From: Nitrospirota bacterium | GTDB lineage: Bacteria; Nitrospirota; Thermodesulfovibrionia; Thermodesulfovibrionales; JdFR-86 | Length of the DNA stretch: 64,000 bases | NCBI GenBank assembly: GCA_963721805.1 | Contig: CAVRJY010000001.1 | Span: 1,312,001 to 1,376,000, forward strand | Direction: 5' to 3' | Part shown: piece by piece, positions 21,969-33,441 of the stretch | Numbering within the stretch: the stretch's first letter is position 1 | How the letters are laid out: every line of letters begins with the position of its first letter | Position numbers and translations under genes: made by a program | Notes under the pieces: model-generated | The model's input: only the letters and a program-made list of their open reading frames with translations | The model's database searches: none | Told to the model about the DNA's origin: nothing

Positions 21969-22265
21969 TTACAGCCACGCGAGCTGTTCGTATTCGTTCA
22001 TCATTATGTCGACCACGTCTCCGTAGCTGACGACCTTAACGCGCTTGTCCACATCGCTCTCGGCAATGCCTCTTGCCTTGAGGTCGTCGCTGAGGACGTA
22101 AAGTCCCCCGGTCTTATCGAGGAGCGGACAGGGTTTGCCGTCTATCTTCAGCGTGGCGTGATAGACGCCGTTCATTACGAAGATCAATCCCAGCTTGTCG
22201 GCCTTGACCCTGTCGAGCACGTCCGTGGTTTGTGAGAAGTCGCTGACAAAAATCCCTAACTTCAT
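21969..22265 (-). CDS. DsrH/TusB-like protein
   Basis: NGVYHA, YVLSDDLKARG, VSYGDVVD. Confidence 0.8.
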   Translation of the reverse strand: MKLGIFVSDFSQTTDVLDRVKADKLGLIFVMNGVYHATLKIDGKPCPLLDKTGGLYVLSDDLKARGIAESDVDKRVKVVSYGDVVDIMMNEYEQLAWL

Positions 22266-22440
22266 GAATTCACCTCCCTTTTCGCGGTTTATACATTAGG
22301 CATAATATCGTTACGGGAATCATGTTTTATACCAATTGTATCCGGGGTTTGTCAATAACAAAGTTTGTGCTTCGGCCGCTTCCGCCGGGAGCCGGCGGGA
22401 GTGTTTTTATGTGCGGATTTAGGTTAATATATATTTCTCT

Positions 22441-23537
22441 ATGGCATGGGATTCAGATAAAGCGGTGACTAGCCGCGCCACGGTGTGCAGGATGTTCGCG
22501 ACTGTACTTTTCGCGATGGCGCTGCTGCTGTCATCCTGCGCGGGGCCGCCTCCAAAGGAAGCCGTCCCCGAGCTTTACTGGCCGTTCCCGCCCGAGAGGC
22601 CGCGCATCAAGTTCGTCGACGTCATCCTGGGCAGCCTCGACGCCACGGGCGAGAGGGCGGACAAGTTTAAGAACGTCATCTTCGGCACCGAGGGCGAGGT
22701 TCGCTTCAGCAAGCCTGAATACATTGCGGTCAAGGGCGACAAAGTATTGGTCACTGACCTCGGGCGCATCCATCTGTACGATTTCGGCAAGAAGCGCTAC
22801 AGCGCGATCGGAGTCGGCAACCTGACGAGCGCGACCGGGATAGCCATAACCTCCGAGGACTGGATCTTCGTCGGCGACGCCGCCCGGCGGCGCGTCCTTC
22901 TCTTCACCCCCGAAAGCGGAGAGCCGACCCCGTTCGGCGACCCTGAGGATTTCAGCAGGCCGTCCGGCATCGCGGTCGACGACTCCAGACGTCGGGTATT
23001 TATCGCCGACGCCCTCAAGCATATGCGTGTTGGTCTATTCATACGACGGCAAGAAGCTCTTCAGCATCGGGGGCCGCGGACCGGGAATTCGGCAAGTTCA
23101 ACTACCCCTATGCGGTCGCGATAGGCAAGGACGGCCGCATATACGTGCTCGACTCCGGTAACTTCCGCGTCCAGATATTCGACCCCGAAGGCAAGTTCAT
23201 CCGGAGCTTCGGCGGCGTCGGCTCCGAGGCCGGCACGTTCGCGCGGCCCAAGGGCATCGCCCTGGATTCCGAAGGGCACATATACGTTATCGACGCCGCG
23301 TTCGCCAACTTCCAGATCTTCGACGAGTACGGCAACTCCCTGCTGTCAGTCGGCTCAAACGGCATCGAGCCCGGTATGTTCGTCCTGCCGTTCGGCATCG
23401 CCATAGACGGCAAGGACAAGATTTACGTCGTGGACCAGATCAACAAGCGGGTACAGATTTTCCAGTACCTGAAATACGACGACGAGAAGCAGCCGACGGA
23501 TCAGACTAAAGACCAGCCAAAGGAAAAGAAAAATTGA
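22441..23537 (+). CDS. NHL-repeat beta-propeller lipoprotein (frameshifted)
   Basis: Lipobox LSSC, WPFPPERPRI, repeats FxxPxGIAxD...IYVxD. Confidence 0.85.
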
Positions 23538-25652
23538 AACCATCAATCGACAATCAAGGCTGCTTGCATCTTCCTGGCAATGGCGCTGATGGCCTTGCTC
23601 TCCTCTTCCGCCCTGGCCGCAGAATGCCAGGACTGCCATCCTGACAAGGCCAGCCAGAAAGACGTGCACCCGGCCGTGATGATGGGCTGCACCTCGTGCC
23701 ACACCGGCGTTAACTTCTCGACCTTCCCCCACAAGTTTACCCCCAAGAAGCCGGGCCTTTCGGCCGATGTCGCCCGAGCTGTGTTTCCAGTGCCACGACA
23801 AGGGCATGTTCACCAAAAAGACCGTGCATCCGCCGGTCGCGGCCGGGATGTGCACCAGCTGCCACAACCCGCACTCGACCGCGGCCCCCAAGCTCCTGAT
23901 CGCCGAGAACATCTGCCTGACATGCCACGATCAGAAGGCCTTCACCGACGGCAAGGACGTCCACCCGCCCGTCGCGGCCGGTATGTGCCCGAGCTGCCAT
24001 AACCCGCACTCGACCGATACCCAGCACCTGCTCAAGGCCGACCCGGTCTGCATGAACTGCCACGACAAGGCCATGTTCGAGGGCAAGAGCGTGCATCCGC
24101 CGGTCGCGGCCGGGATGTGCACGAGCTGCCACCAGCCGCACAAGTCCGACAACGCGAAGCTCCTGATCAAGCCCGCGGACAACGGCGAACTCTGCCTGAC
24201 GCTGCCACGACAAGTCCAAGTTCATCGACGTCAAGCACCAGCATCCGCCCGTGGCCGCCGGCATGTGCACGACCTGCCATTTCCCGCACGCGAGCAAACA
24301 GGACCACCTCCTGCGTCAGGCCGACATATGCTTTAACTGCCACGACCAGAAGAAATTCACGTCCAAAAAGGACGTGCACCCGCCCGTTGCGGCCGGGATG
24401 TGCGTCAGCTGCCATAACCCGCACGGCAGCGACAACGAGCGCATGCTCCGCAATGGCGGCGCCGAGCTCTGCTTTCACCTGCCATGACAAGACGAAGTTC
24501 GAGAACAAGAGCACTCACCCGCCAGTCGCGGCCGGGATGTGCATGAGCTGCCACAACCCGCACCAGTCCGACAACCCGAAGCTCCTGGTGGCCCAGGCCC
24601 CGGATCTGTGCTTCAACTGCCACGACAAGGGCATGTTCACGAAAAAGACCGTGCATCCGCCCGTGGCGGCCGGGATGTGCCTGAGCTGCCACGACCCTCA
24701 CGCAAGCCCGAGCAAGAAGCTCACGCTGTCTGACGACCTGTGCTTCCAGTGCCATGACAAGGGCAAGTTCATGAAGGACAACGTCCATCCGCCGGTGGCG
24801 CAGGGCAAGTGCACGGGCTGCCACGACCCGCACTCGAGCGACAACAAGCGGATGCTCCGCGCCGAGGGCGCCAACCTCTGCTTCCTGTGCCACGACAAGG
24901 GCAAGTTCACCAAGAAGTTGGTCCACCCGCCGGTCGCGGCCGGCGAGTGCTTCGACTGCCACGCACCGCATAACAGCAAGGAGAAAGAAGCTCCTGCTGT
25001 CCAAGGACATATGCTTTAACTGCCACGACTCATCGAAGTTCTCGGGCAAGCGCGTCGTGCACGCCCCGGTGGCCGCCAAGCAGTGCACCGAGTGCCACAG
25101 CCCGCACTCGTCCAACGCCAAGCGGATGCTGAACCCCGACATGCCGAACCTCTGCTTCAAGTGCCACTCGAGCGAGGAGTTCACGGACAAGGTCACGCAC
25201 GGACCGATAGAGATCGGGCAGTGCATGGGATGCCACGAGCCGCACCAGTCGGACGAGCGCAAGCTGCTTATCGCGGAGGTCCCGAAGCTATGCTACAACT
25301 GCCACCGCGAGTCGGTGTTTTCCAAGGAAAACGTCCACGCGCCCGTGGCGGCCGGGATGTGCCTCGACTGCCACAAGCCCCACGCCGGCAAGAACCGCGC
25401 GCTCACCGTGCGCCCGAAAACAAGCTGTGCCTGAAGTGCCATAACGAGTTCGGGGACAGCAAAAAGCACGCCTTCGCCGGGCTCAAGTTCAACGGGCACA
25501 AGCTCGAAGGCCCCAAGGACCCGCGCCGCAAGGGCAAGCCCTTCGGCTGTTCGAGCTGCCACAATCCGCACAGCTCGGATTCGATCAAGCTGGCCCGATA
25601 CAAGATAACCAGGGTCTTCGACCTGTGCCAGCAGTGTCATATCAATAAATAA
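23534..25652 (+). CDS. giant multiheme c-type cytochrome (~29 CxxCH; several frameshifts)
   Basis: Signal peptide then tandem HPPVAAGMCxxCHxPH...LCFxCH units across ORF pieces. Confidence 0.85.
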
Positions 25653-25694
25653 ATCTGGCTTGGCCGTATGGGCCCGGGATATATGGAGGCTGAT

Positions 25695-26731
25695 ATGAAA
25701 CGGAAATCGCTGTTACGTGTTTTTGATAATGCTGCTTGGAATCATGGCCCTGCCGCTGGCCGTCTATGCGGAGAACCCGGACTGCAAAATGTGCCACCCG
25801 GAGAAGGCCGAGGGCAAGTCCGTCCATCCGGCGGTCATGATGGGCTGCGAGTCCTGCCATACCGGCGTGGACGCCAACAACATACCGCACAAGTTCACGG
25901 GCAAAAAGGGACTGTCAGCCCAGCCTCCGGAGCTTTGCTTCAACTGCCACGACAAGGGGATGCTGCTCGGGAAGAAGTTCAAGCACTCCCCGGCTGCATC
26001 CGGGATGTGCACCACCTGCCACGACCCGCATACCAGCCCCAACGAGCACCTGCTCACTCAGCCGAACATATGCGCCATGTGCCATGAGGTGGACAAGATA
26101 AAGGGCGTCACGGGGTAACGGCAAACACGCCCGTCACACCGTGCATCCCCCGGTGGCCGCCGACATGTGCCCGTCGTGCCACAAGCCGCACAGCTCCGAC
26201 AACGACAAAATAATAGCCAAGCCTGCGCCCGATCTCTGCTTCGACTGCCATGACAAGACCAAGTTCATCGGTGCTGTCGTGCACGCCCCGGTCGGCATCG
26301 GTCTCTGCCTTTCGTGCCACAAGCCCCACAGCTCGCCCAACAAGGCAATGCTCGTGGCCCCCGGAAGCGATCTGTGCTTCGGCTGCCACGACAAGGCGGA
26401 GTTTACGAAGAAGGTAGTCCACAAGCCCGTGGCCGAGGGCAGATGCACCGCCTGCCACCTCCCGCATGCCGGTCAGAACGAGGCTATGCTCGAACGCAAG
26501 GGCAATCTGCTGTGCCGCAAGTGCCACCCCGACATCGAGCGCAAGGGCCATGCGGTCGTGGGCTTCGAATCAGCCGGACATCCGGTGCGCGGACGTGTGG
26601 ATCCCCTGAGGCCCGGGAAGGTCTTCGGATGCCTGAGCTGCCATCTGCCACATTCGTCCGACTCGATAAAGCTGTTCCGCTATCAGGCCGACAGCATGTA
26701 CGACCTCTGCCTTTATTGCCACAAGATGTAG
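25695..26731 (+). CDS. multiheme c-type cytochrome (~13 CxxCH; frameshifted)
   Basis: Same repeat and terminal modules as the upstream cytochrome. Confidence 0.85.
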
Positions 26732-26751
26732 GGGCGCAGACAGATAAAAAT

Positions 26752-26785
26752 AAAGGCCGGATGGGTCTGCCCCGTCCGGCCTTTT
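26752..26785 (+). terminator. intrinsic terminator
   Basis: aaaggccggatggg...cccgtccggcctttt. Confidence 0.75.
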
Positions 26786-26817
26786 GTTTAAGTGGGCTGT
26801 CTTGGCCGCTATCGCGC

Positions 26818-27734
26818 CTATCTCCCCCGTGATCTTGTTCAGGGTGTCGTCGAGGCGGCGCGTGTAGTATTGCGCGCAGCTTTTCGGTCAGGGCAGGGTT
26901 ATCGGTCAGCAGCTGCTGCATGGCCTCGCGCCTGAATTCCAGGAGTTCAAGCGTCGCCGACAGCCGTGACCGTGGCGGTCCTCGGCCTTCCGGTCAGGAA
27001 GGCGATCTCGCCGAATAGGTCGCCCTCGCGGAGTTCCGCGAGGTGGACGGTCTTTCCTCCCATGATAGGTCGAGACCTTCGCCCTGCCGGACATTATGAC
27101 AAACATCGAATCCCCCGGCTCGCCTTCCAGCACTACAGGCTCGCTGTCGGCGAAGACTCCTGCGCAGGCCGTTCGTCGGCAGGTACTCCCACTCGGCGTT
27201 CGAGAGCAGAGAGAACGCCTCGGGGATGCCCGGCTCGGCTGGTTTCTCAGCCGCCGGGATGAGTATGTCCGAGGCCCATGACGTGCGAGAAGTGCTCGTC
27301 GGGCGGGCACGGCTCGGTCCCGGCCTTGCATGTCGGCTGTCTCGTTCCCTCGGCGAGCTGGCGGCCGCGAGGCCGCGATGGAATGGCCCCGCTCCTGCTC
27401 GATGGCCTCGAGCAGCTCGCCGGTTTTTCCGGCGGCCTCGCGGTCATCGGGCGCGATGCGCTGGATGATCTTGTATATCGCGAGCGCCTTATGGTTGAAG
27501 CCGTCGTTGATGAGGCAGCGCGCCGACTGGTGGTATGCGGCCACCGCGTCGGCGGGCTTGCCGGTCTTCTGGAGGATGTCTCCGGCCTTGAGGTATATCT
27601 GCGGGTTATCGGGTTCGAGCTTTTTCAGGGCATCGAGCGTTGCGAGGGCCTTGGGCCATTCCTGCTTGAGCACTGGCCTTGAAAAACGACTCCCAATTCC
27701 TCTTGGCCTCAGCCGCTGTTTCCTTGCGCACCAT
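26818..27734 (-). CDS. TPR + cyclic-nucleotide-binding domain protein (frameshifted)
   Basis: N-terminal TPRs; EGEPGDSMFVIMSG, then in another frame GDLFGEIAFLTGRPRTATV. Confidence 0.75.
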
Positions 27735-27869
27735 GATCGAAATTATAGGGCAACCCGGCCCCGGTGTGCAATAACATTGTTGAACCGTTTGCCCGAACTC
27801 TGCTAATCTTTAGGTGTCGGCGCACCGGGTGCGCGTGTCGTGAAATCATCCTGAGCGAGGGGGGCCGGT

Positions 27870-28049
27870 TTGGCCAATCAAGCAAGCATGTGCGTCGTTT
27901 GCGCCTGGCGCGAGACGTGCCAGAAGAAGTTCAGTGTCTCGGGGTCGGATATAAGGTGCGCGGACTTCACCAAGGACATCAAGCGGTCGGCTGCCGGGCC
28001 GTCTGTATCCGAAAAGAACCCAGCCCCTGCCAAGGGCAAGGGGAAATGA
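27870..28049 (+). CDS. small Cys-rich protein (59 aa, not in ORF track)
   Basis: TTG start after [45 protein letters not shown]... Confidence 0.6.
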   Translation: MANQASMCVVCAWRETCQKKFSVSGSDIRCADFTKDIKRSAAGPSVSEKNPAPAKGKGK

Positions 28050-28071
28050 ACCGCGGAGGACGGGCGATACG

Positions 28072-28687
28072 ATGAAAGTGCAGATCATCTTCTACAGCAT
28101 GTACGGGCATATTTATACGATGGCCGAGGCCGTGGCCGAGGGCGTGCGCGAGGTCGAGGGCGCCGTGGCCGAGCTTTACCAGGTGCCGGAACTCGTGCCG
28201 GAGGAGATACTCAAGGCCGGCTGGGCCTTCGAGGCCAGGGCGAAGTTCGCCCACATACCGGTCGCCACGGTCGACAAGCTCGCCGAGGCCGACGCGATAA
28301 TCTTCGGCACGCCGACGCGCTATGGCAACATGTGCGCCCAGATGCGCAACTTCCTCGACCAGACCGGCGGCATATGGGTCAAGGGCTCGCTGATCGGCAA
28401 GGTCGGGAGCGTGTTTGCGTCCAGCAACACTCAGCACGGCGGGCAGGAGACCACGATCACGAGCTTCCATACCACGCTGCTGCACCACGGCATGGTCATC
28501 GTCGGCGTGCCATACTCCGAGACCCGCCAGTCGATCACGACCGAGATAACCGGCGGCTCCCCGTATGGCGCAACGACGATAGCCGGGCTCGGACGGCAAG
28601 CGCATGCCAACCGAAAACGAGCTTGCGATCGCGCGCTTCCAGGGCCGCCACGTGGCCACGATCGCGACCAAACTCACGGGCAAATAG
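28072..28687 (+). CDS. wrbA: NAD(P)H:quinone oxidoreductase WrbA (frameshift near end)
   Basis: [31 protein letters not shown]. Confidence 0.93.
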
Positions 28688-28814
28688 AACGCCGTATCCC
28701 GCATTGACGAGAGGGCGTCCCGGCGACGTGGGGCCGTGCGCCCTCTTTGCGGTCTCCCATCGGGCAGGATTTTCTAACAAATGTTATATTAAAAAATCCG
28801 CCAGGGGAGGGTAA

Positions 28815-29192
28815 GTGGAATCAACTAAGTCGGTTTTGATAGTCGAGGACTCACACGTGACCCGCTCCATGATAAGGTCCATCGTCGAGGACCTGGGCGA
28901 TGTCGTCACCACGGAGGCCTCCACCGGATTCGAGGCCCTGCGGCTGCTGCCGACGCGCGAGTTCAACCTGATAGTCACGGACATCAACATGCCGGACGTC
29001 AACGGGCTCGAACTGATAAATTTCGTCCGCAACGACGCGCGATACCGGGACATACCGGTGCTGATCGTCAGCACCGAGAAGACCGAGGAGGACCGGCGGC
29101 GCGGCCTCGCCCTGGGCGCAAACGATTACGTGACGAAGCCGTTCAGCCCGGACAGGCTGCAGGAGACCGTAAAGAGACTGCTTGAGATATGA
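28815..29192 (+). CDS. cheY: CheY-like single-domain response regulator
   Basis: VEDS, TDINMP, ST, KPF. Confidence 0.85.
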   Translation: MESTKSVLIVEDSHVTRSMIRSIVEDLGDVVTTEASTGFEALRLLPTREFNLIVTDINMPDVNGLELINFVRNDARYRDIPVLIVSTEKTEEDRRRGLALGANDYVTKPFSPDRLQETVKRLLEI

Positions 29193-31162
29193 AGTCATCT
29201 GACAAGGATTTCGTGGCCGAGGCCGAAGAACTCCTCGAAAGCGCCGGCAACATACTGGTCGAACTCCAGGAAAGCCCGTCCGACGAGCCCAACCCCGATT
29301 CGATCAACGCGCTCTTCCGCGCCATGCACACCTTAAAGGGCATGGCCGGGATCTACGGATACCACGGCATCTCGGAGATAAGCCACTCCCTTGAGAGCCT
29401 GCTTGACGACGTGCGCATGGGCAGGGCCGCGATGGGCTCGCGGGTGCTGGGCTTCCTCTTCAGACAGATCGACATACTGCGAAGCTCGCTTGAGGACGTG
29501 CTGGATGCCGCTACTCCAGAGGACCCCGAGGCCATCGCCGCGCGCAAGGGCGAGATCGAGGCCTTCCGCGAATCGCTCAAGGGCGGGGGCGATGCGGCGG
29601 CCTCGCTGGAGGGCATACCCGAGGAGCTCCTGCGCGTGCTGTCCGAGTATGAGGAGCACCGCCTCAGGCACAACATCCAGAAGGGCAATGCGATCTACCT
29701 GATCGGCCTCGTGTTTTCGATCATGGACTTCGACGTCGAACTCAAGAAGGTCACCGAGCGCCTGAAGCCCCTCGGCGAGCTCATCTCCACGATGCCGATC
29801 TCTGACAATGTGCCGCCGGGCTCGATAGGGTTCAGCCTCATGCTCGGGAGTGCGAAGTCAGAGGAAGAGATCGCGGCCGCGGCCGGCGTGGATCCAAAGC
29901 GGCTCGTCAAGGGCAGGGCGGCCGCGCAGCCGGTGATGGCCGAGGCATCGCAGGGCCAGCTGCGCTCGACCACGACGACCGTGCGCGTGAACATCGAGAA
30001 GCTCGACAAGATACTCAACACGATCAACGAGATATCGATCATCCGCTCGGCGAACCAGAATATCTGGACCGGACTCGTCGAACGCTACGGCCACACACCG
30101 CTGCTGATCGACATGTACCGCATAAACCAGAGCTTCGACCGGAGGCTCTCCGAGCTTCAGGACAACGTGCTGGGGCTGCGCATGGTCCCTATCGCGCAGA
30201 TGTTCGGCCGCCTGGCCCAGATCGTCAGGCGCTACTCCAATGACATCGACAAGAAGATCGATCTGCACACGTTCGGGGACGACACCGAGATGGACAAGTT
30301 CCTGGCTGAGGAGATCATCGACCCGCTGATGCATATCGTCCGAAACTCGATAGATCACGGCATCGAGGACTCGGACGAGCGCCTCGCGGCCGGTAAGCCC
30401 GAATCCGGCACGATCACCCTGAGCGCATACCAGCGCGGCAACAGCGTCGTGGTCGAGGTGCGCGACGACGGCCGCGGGATCGACATCGAGAGGATCAGGG
30501 AGAAGGCGCTGGAGCGCGGCCTTATAACCCCCGATATGGAACCCACCCGCCACGAACTCATCGCGATGATCTTCATGCCGAGCTTCAGCACGAAGGATTC
30601 GGTGAGCGAGGTCTCGGGCCGCGGCGTCGGGCTCGACGTCGTCAAGAGCAAACTCTCGTCGCTTGGCGCCAAGGTCGATATCGAGACCGAGACAGGCCGC
30701 GGGACTTCCTTCATACTCACGCTCCCGATAACAGTGGCGATCATCCGGAGCCTCATGGTCAAGGCCGGCGAAGAGCTGTTCGCGGTGCCGGTCTCGGCGC
30801 TTCAGGAGACGACCGCCGTGGACCCTACATACCTGAGCAGCCTCGAGGGCAAGGCGGTATACAACCTCAGGGGCGAGATGCTGCCAATCGTGGCACTTAA
30901 TGATATCTTTAACATCCCGACGATCGCCGTCGAGCGTCAGTTCGCGTTCATTGTGGGCGCGGACGAGCGCAAGCTCGGCGTGCTGGTGGATGAGATCATA
31001 GGGCAGCAGGACGTGGTCATCAAGCCCATCAGCGAATACCTGGGCAGTGTGAAGGGCTTTGCCGGTGCGGCCGAGATCAGCCGACACCGGGTCGTGCTCG
31101 TGCTCGACGTCGAGTCCCTGATCGCAGAGGCGTTCTTAAGGAGGAGGCGAGGCAGTGTTTAG
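29189..31162 (+). CDS. cheA: chemotaxis histidine kinase CheA
   Basis: FRAMHTLKG, HIVRNSIDHG, DDGRG, SGRGVGLDVV, C-terminal CheW domain. Confidence 0.95.
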   Translation: MKSSDKDFVAEAEELLESAGNILVELQESPSDEPNPDSINALFRAMHTLKGMAGIYGYHGISEISHSLESLLDDVRMGRAAMGSRVLGFLFRQIDILRSSLEDVLDAATPEDPEAIAARKGEIEAFRESLKGGGDAAASLEGIPEELLRVLSEYEEHRLRHNIQKGNAIYLIGLVFSIMDFDVELKKVTERLKPLGELISTMPISDNVPPGSIGFSLMLGSAKSEEEIAAAAGVDPKRLVKGRAAAQPVMAEASQGQLRSTTTTVRVNIEKLDKILNTINEISIIRSANQNIWTGLVERYGHTPLLIDMYRINQSFDRRLSELQDNVLGLRMVPIAQMFGRLAQIVRRYSNDIDKKIDLHTFGDDTEMDKFLAEEIIDPLMHIVRNSIDHGIEDSDERLAAGKPESGTITLSAYQRGNSVVVEVRDDGRGIDIERIREKALERGLITPDMEPTRHELIAMIFMPSFSTKDSVSEVSGRGVGLDVVKSKLSSLGAKVDIETETGRGTSFILTLPITVAIIRSLMVKAGEELFAVPVSALQETTAVDPTYLSSLEGKAVYNLRGEMLPIVALNDIFNIPTIAVERQFAFIVGADERKLGVLVDEIIGQQDVVIKPISEYLGSVKGFAGAAEISRHRVVLVLDVESLIAEAFLRRRRGSV

Positions 31163-32029
31163 GGAGTTCTACGGCCTGCGCGTTAAGCCTTTCAGCAAGA
31201 CGCCGGACCCCGCGTTCCTCTATCCTGGCAGGCGGCACGAAGAGGCGCTGGCGCGGCTTCAGTACGCGGTCGAGGAGAAGGAGCTCTGCCTGCTGACCGG
31301 CGACGTCGGCTGCGGCAAGACCACGATCACGCGCAAGCTGATGGACGTGCTCGACCCGGCGCGCCACAGGGTCGTGCTGCTGATAAACCCCCGGATTTCA
31401 GCGACACAGTTTCTGGCCGAGGTCGCCTCCAAGATGGGGATCAAGCCGCGCCGGCCGAGGCGCGACATCCTGACCGGCCTGATACAGGAGCGCGTGTACG
31501 AGGACTACCTCTCGGGGATCACGCCGGTGGTCATACTGGACGAGGCGCAGCTCATCCCCCGCCGCGAGACGTTCGAGGAGATCCGGCTTCTGACGAATTT
31601 TCAGCTCGACGACAGCTAACCTGATAAGCGTGATACTGGTCGGGCAGACCGAGCTCAGGGAACGGCTCCAGAGGCCGGTGCACGAGCCGCTGAGGCAGCG
31701 CATAGGGATGGCCTATCACCTGGGCCCGCTAGGGATCGACGAGACGCGCGCATACGTGGCCCACAGGCTATCGATTGCCGGCCGCAGCGAGGCGCTCTTT
31801 ACCGAAGGCCGCGATAGAGGCCCTCCACAGGCATTCGGGCGGGGTGCCGAGGCTCATAAACAGCATCGCCAACCTTGCGCTGCTGGCAGGAATGGGGCAT
31901 GACGCGGAGGTTATAGACGAGGGTATCGTAAATGAGGCGGCCGGGGAACTGGGGTTTACAGCAGGCCATGCCGCCCCCAGGCGCGTGGCCTCGGGGACGG
32001 CCGATAAGGCTACCGGCCGAAGAACCTGA
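31155..32029 (+). CDS. ExeA/GspA-family AAA ATPase (frameshifted)
   Basis: PFSKTPDP, GDVGCGKTT, ILDEAQ, LVGQTEL, GVPRLIN. Confidence 0.85.
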
Positions 32030-33435
32030 AGCCTTTTTTCACCGGTTCCTCTTTGTTTTTTTCCTTGAACTCCAGGACGGTGGCCGCGACGGCCCTCATC
32101 GCCTGTTCGGAGCGCTTTAAGGTCTCGACGATCACGTCCTGACGCTTCCTGGATTCCTGCAGCTCGGCTAGCACCTGCTCGAGCAACTTCGCGTTTGCAT
32201 CGCCTGACTTGCGCACCGCGAGCGTGAGCGATTCGTCGTATGCCGGCGCCGGGGCAGTCGAGGGCTGGTTCATGGCGTTGGCCTGCACGGCCGAGGCCAT
32301 CTCGCGCACCGAGGTTGTCACCTCGGCTATCGCGCCGAGGATGCTTGCCATGTTCTCCTCAGAGAGCACCGGCACGGTTACGACCTGCGGGACCATGACG
32401 GCCTCGACGGGCTGTGTCGGAGCAGGCGCAATGCCGCTGATCGGGCTTGTGGGTTTGATGGGTTCCTCGGGGGCCGGGGCTTCGGTCTCAAGGTATGCCT
32501 CGGCAGGGCCGGGGCTTGGCCATGCGTGGGGCTCTTCATGTGCGGGAGCCTCGGATACTGCGGCTCCGCCAAAGCCGCCAGCGGGCTCGAGCATGTGAGT
32601 CAGCGACGATGAATCAAACGGGGCCGGCCTCAACGGGTTCAGGGGCTGTCTTAGCGGGCTTAGCGCCTGCTGACGGCTCCATCAGGTCCTGCCATGAGAC
32701 CGGCGGCTCTTCCGGCTCGGCCGCTGAAAAGGTCGGAAGGGTGTCCTCGTCCTTTGTCCAGGAGACGATCGAGACGGTGTCGCCGCGCTGCGGCGCCGAG
32801 GCCGCCACGGTCTCCGGCACCTGCTCGTCAGAGGAATCTATCGTTACGTTGTGTTTCTTCGATATGTACTTAAGCAGCAGCTTCGTAACCAGCTTGAAGG
32901 TCTCGTCCACGCCCGTGCCGTTGATGGCCGCGCCGTTGACGACCGGATAGCCGGCGGCGTTGAGGTCCGAGTTGAGCTCTTCCGGGGAGAGGATGTTTTT
33001 CAGGTCGCGCTTGTTGTACTGGAGCACGACCGGGATCTCGTCGGGGTTGATGTTGTTCGAGACGAGGTTTTCGCGCATGTTGCGGAAGCTCTCGATGTTC
33101 TGCTCCCGCATCGCGGTCTGCGAGTCGGCCACGAAGACCACGGCGTCCGCGCCCTTCAGGACGAGCTTGCGCGTGGCGTTATACCTCACCTGGCCCGGCA
33201 CGGTGTAGAGCTGAAACCGGATCGTGAAGTCCTTGATCTTCCCGAGCGCCACGGGCAGGAAGTCGAAAAACAGCGTGCGGTCGGCCTCGGTCGAGAGCGA
33301 GAGGAGCTTGCCCTTGCGCTCCGGGGACATCGTGGCGTGCAGGCGCTGGAGGTTGGTGGTCTTGCCCGAGAGGCCGGGGCCGTAGTATACGACTTTTAGG
33401 GTGATTTCCTTGGATGCGTAATTAAATAGTGCCAT
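32010..33435 (-). CDS. mglA: MglA-family small GTPase with long C-terminal extension (probable frameshift ~32620)
   Basis: KVVYYGPGLSGKTTN, DRTLFFDF, YTVPGQ, NKRD; Pro/Ala-rich linker, coiled coil, KKGFRFFGR end. Confidence 0.85.
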
Positions 33436-33441
33436 ATAGTT

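Noticed and set aside
23760..25400. Regularly spaced DNA repeats as a CRISPR array
   Set aside because: They are degenerate coding repeats of heme motifs; no cas genes
31617..31619. Stop read-through or recoding in ExeA
   Set aside because: The stop is TAA and the continuation is in another frame; indel
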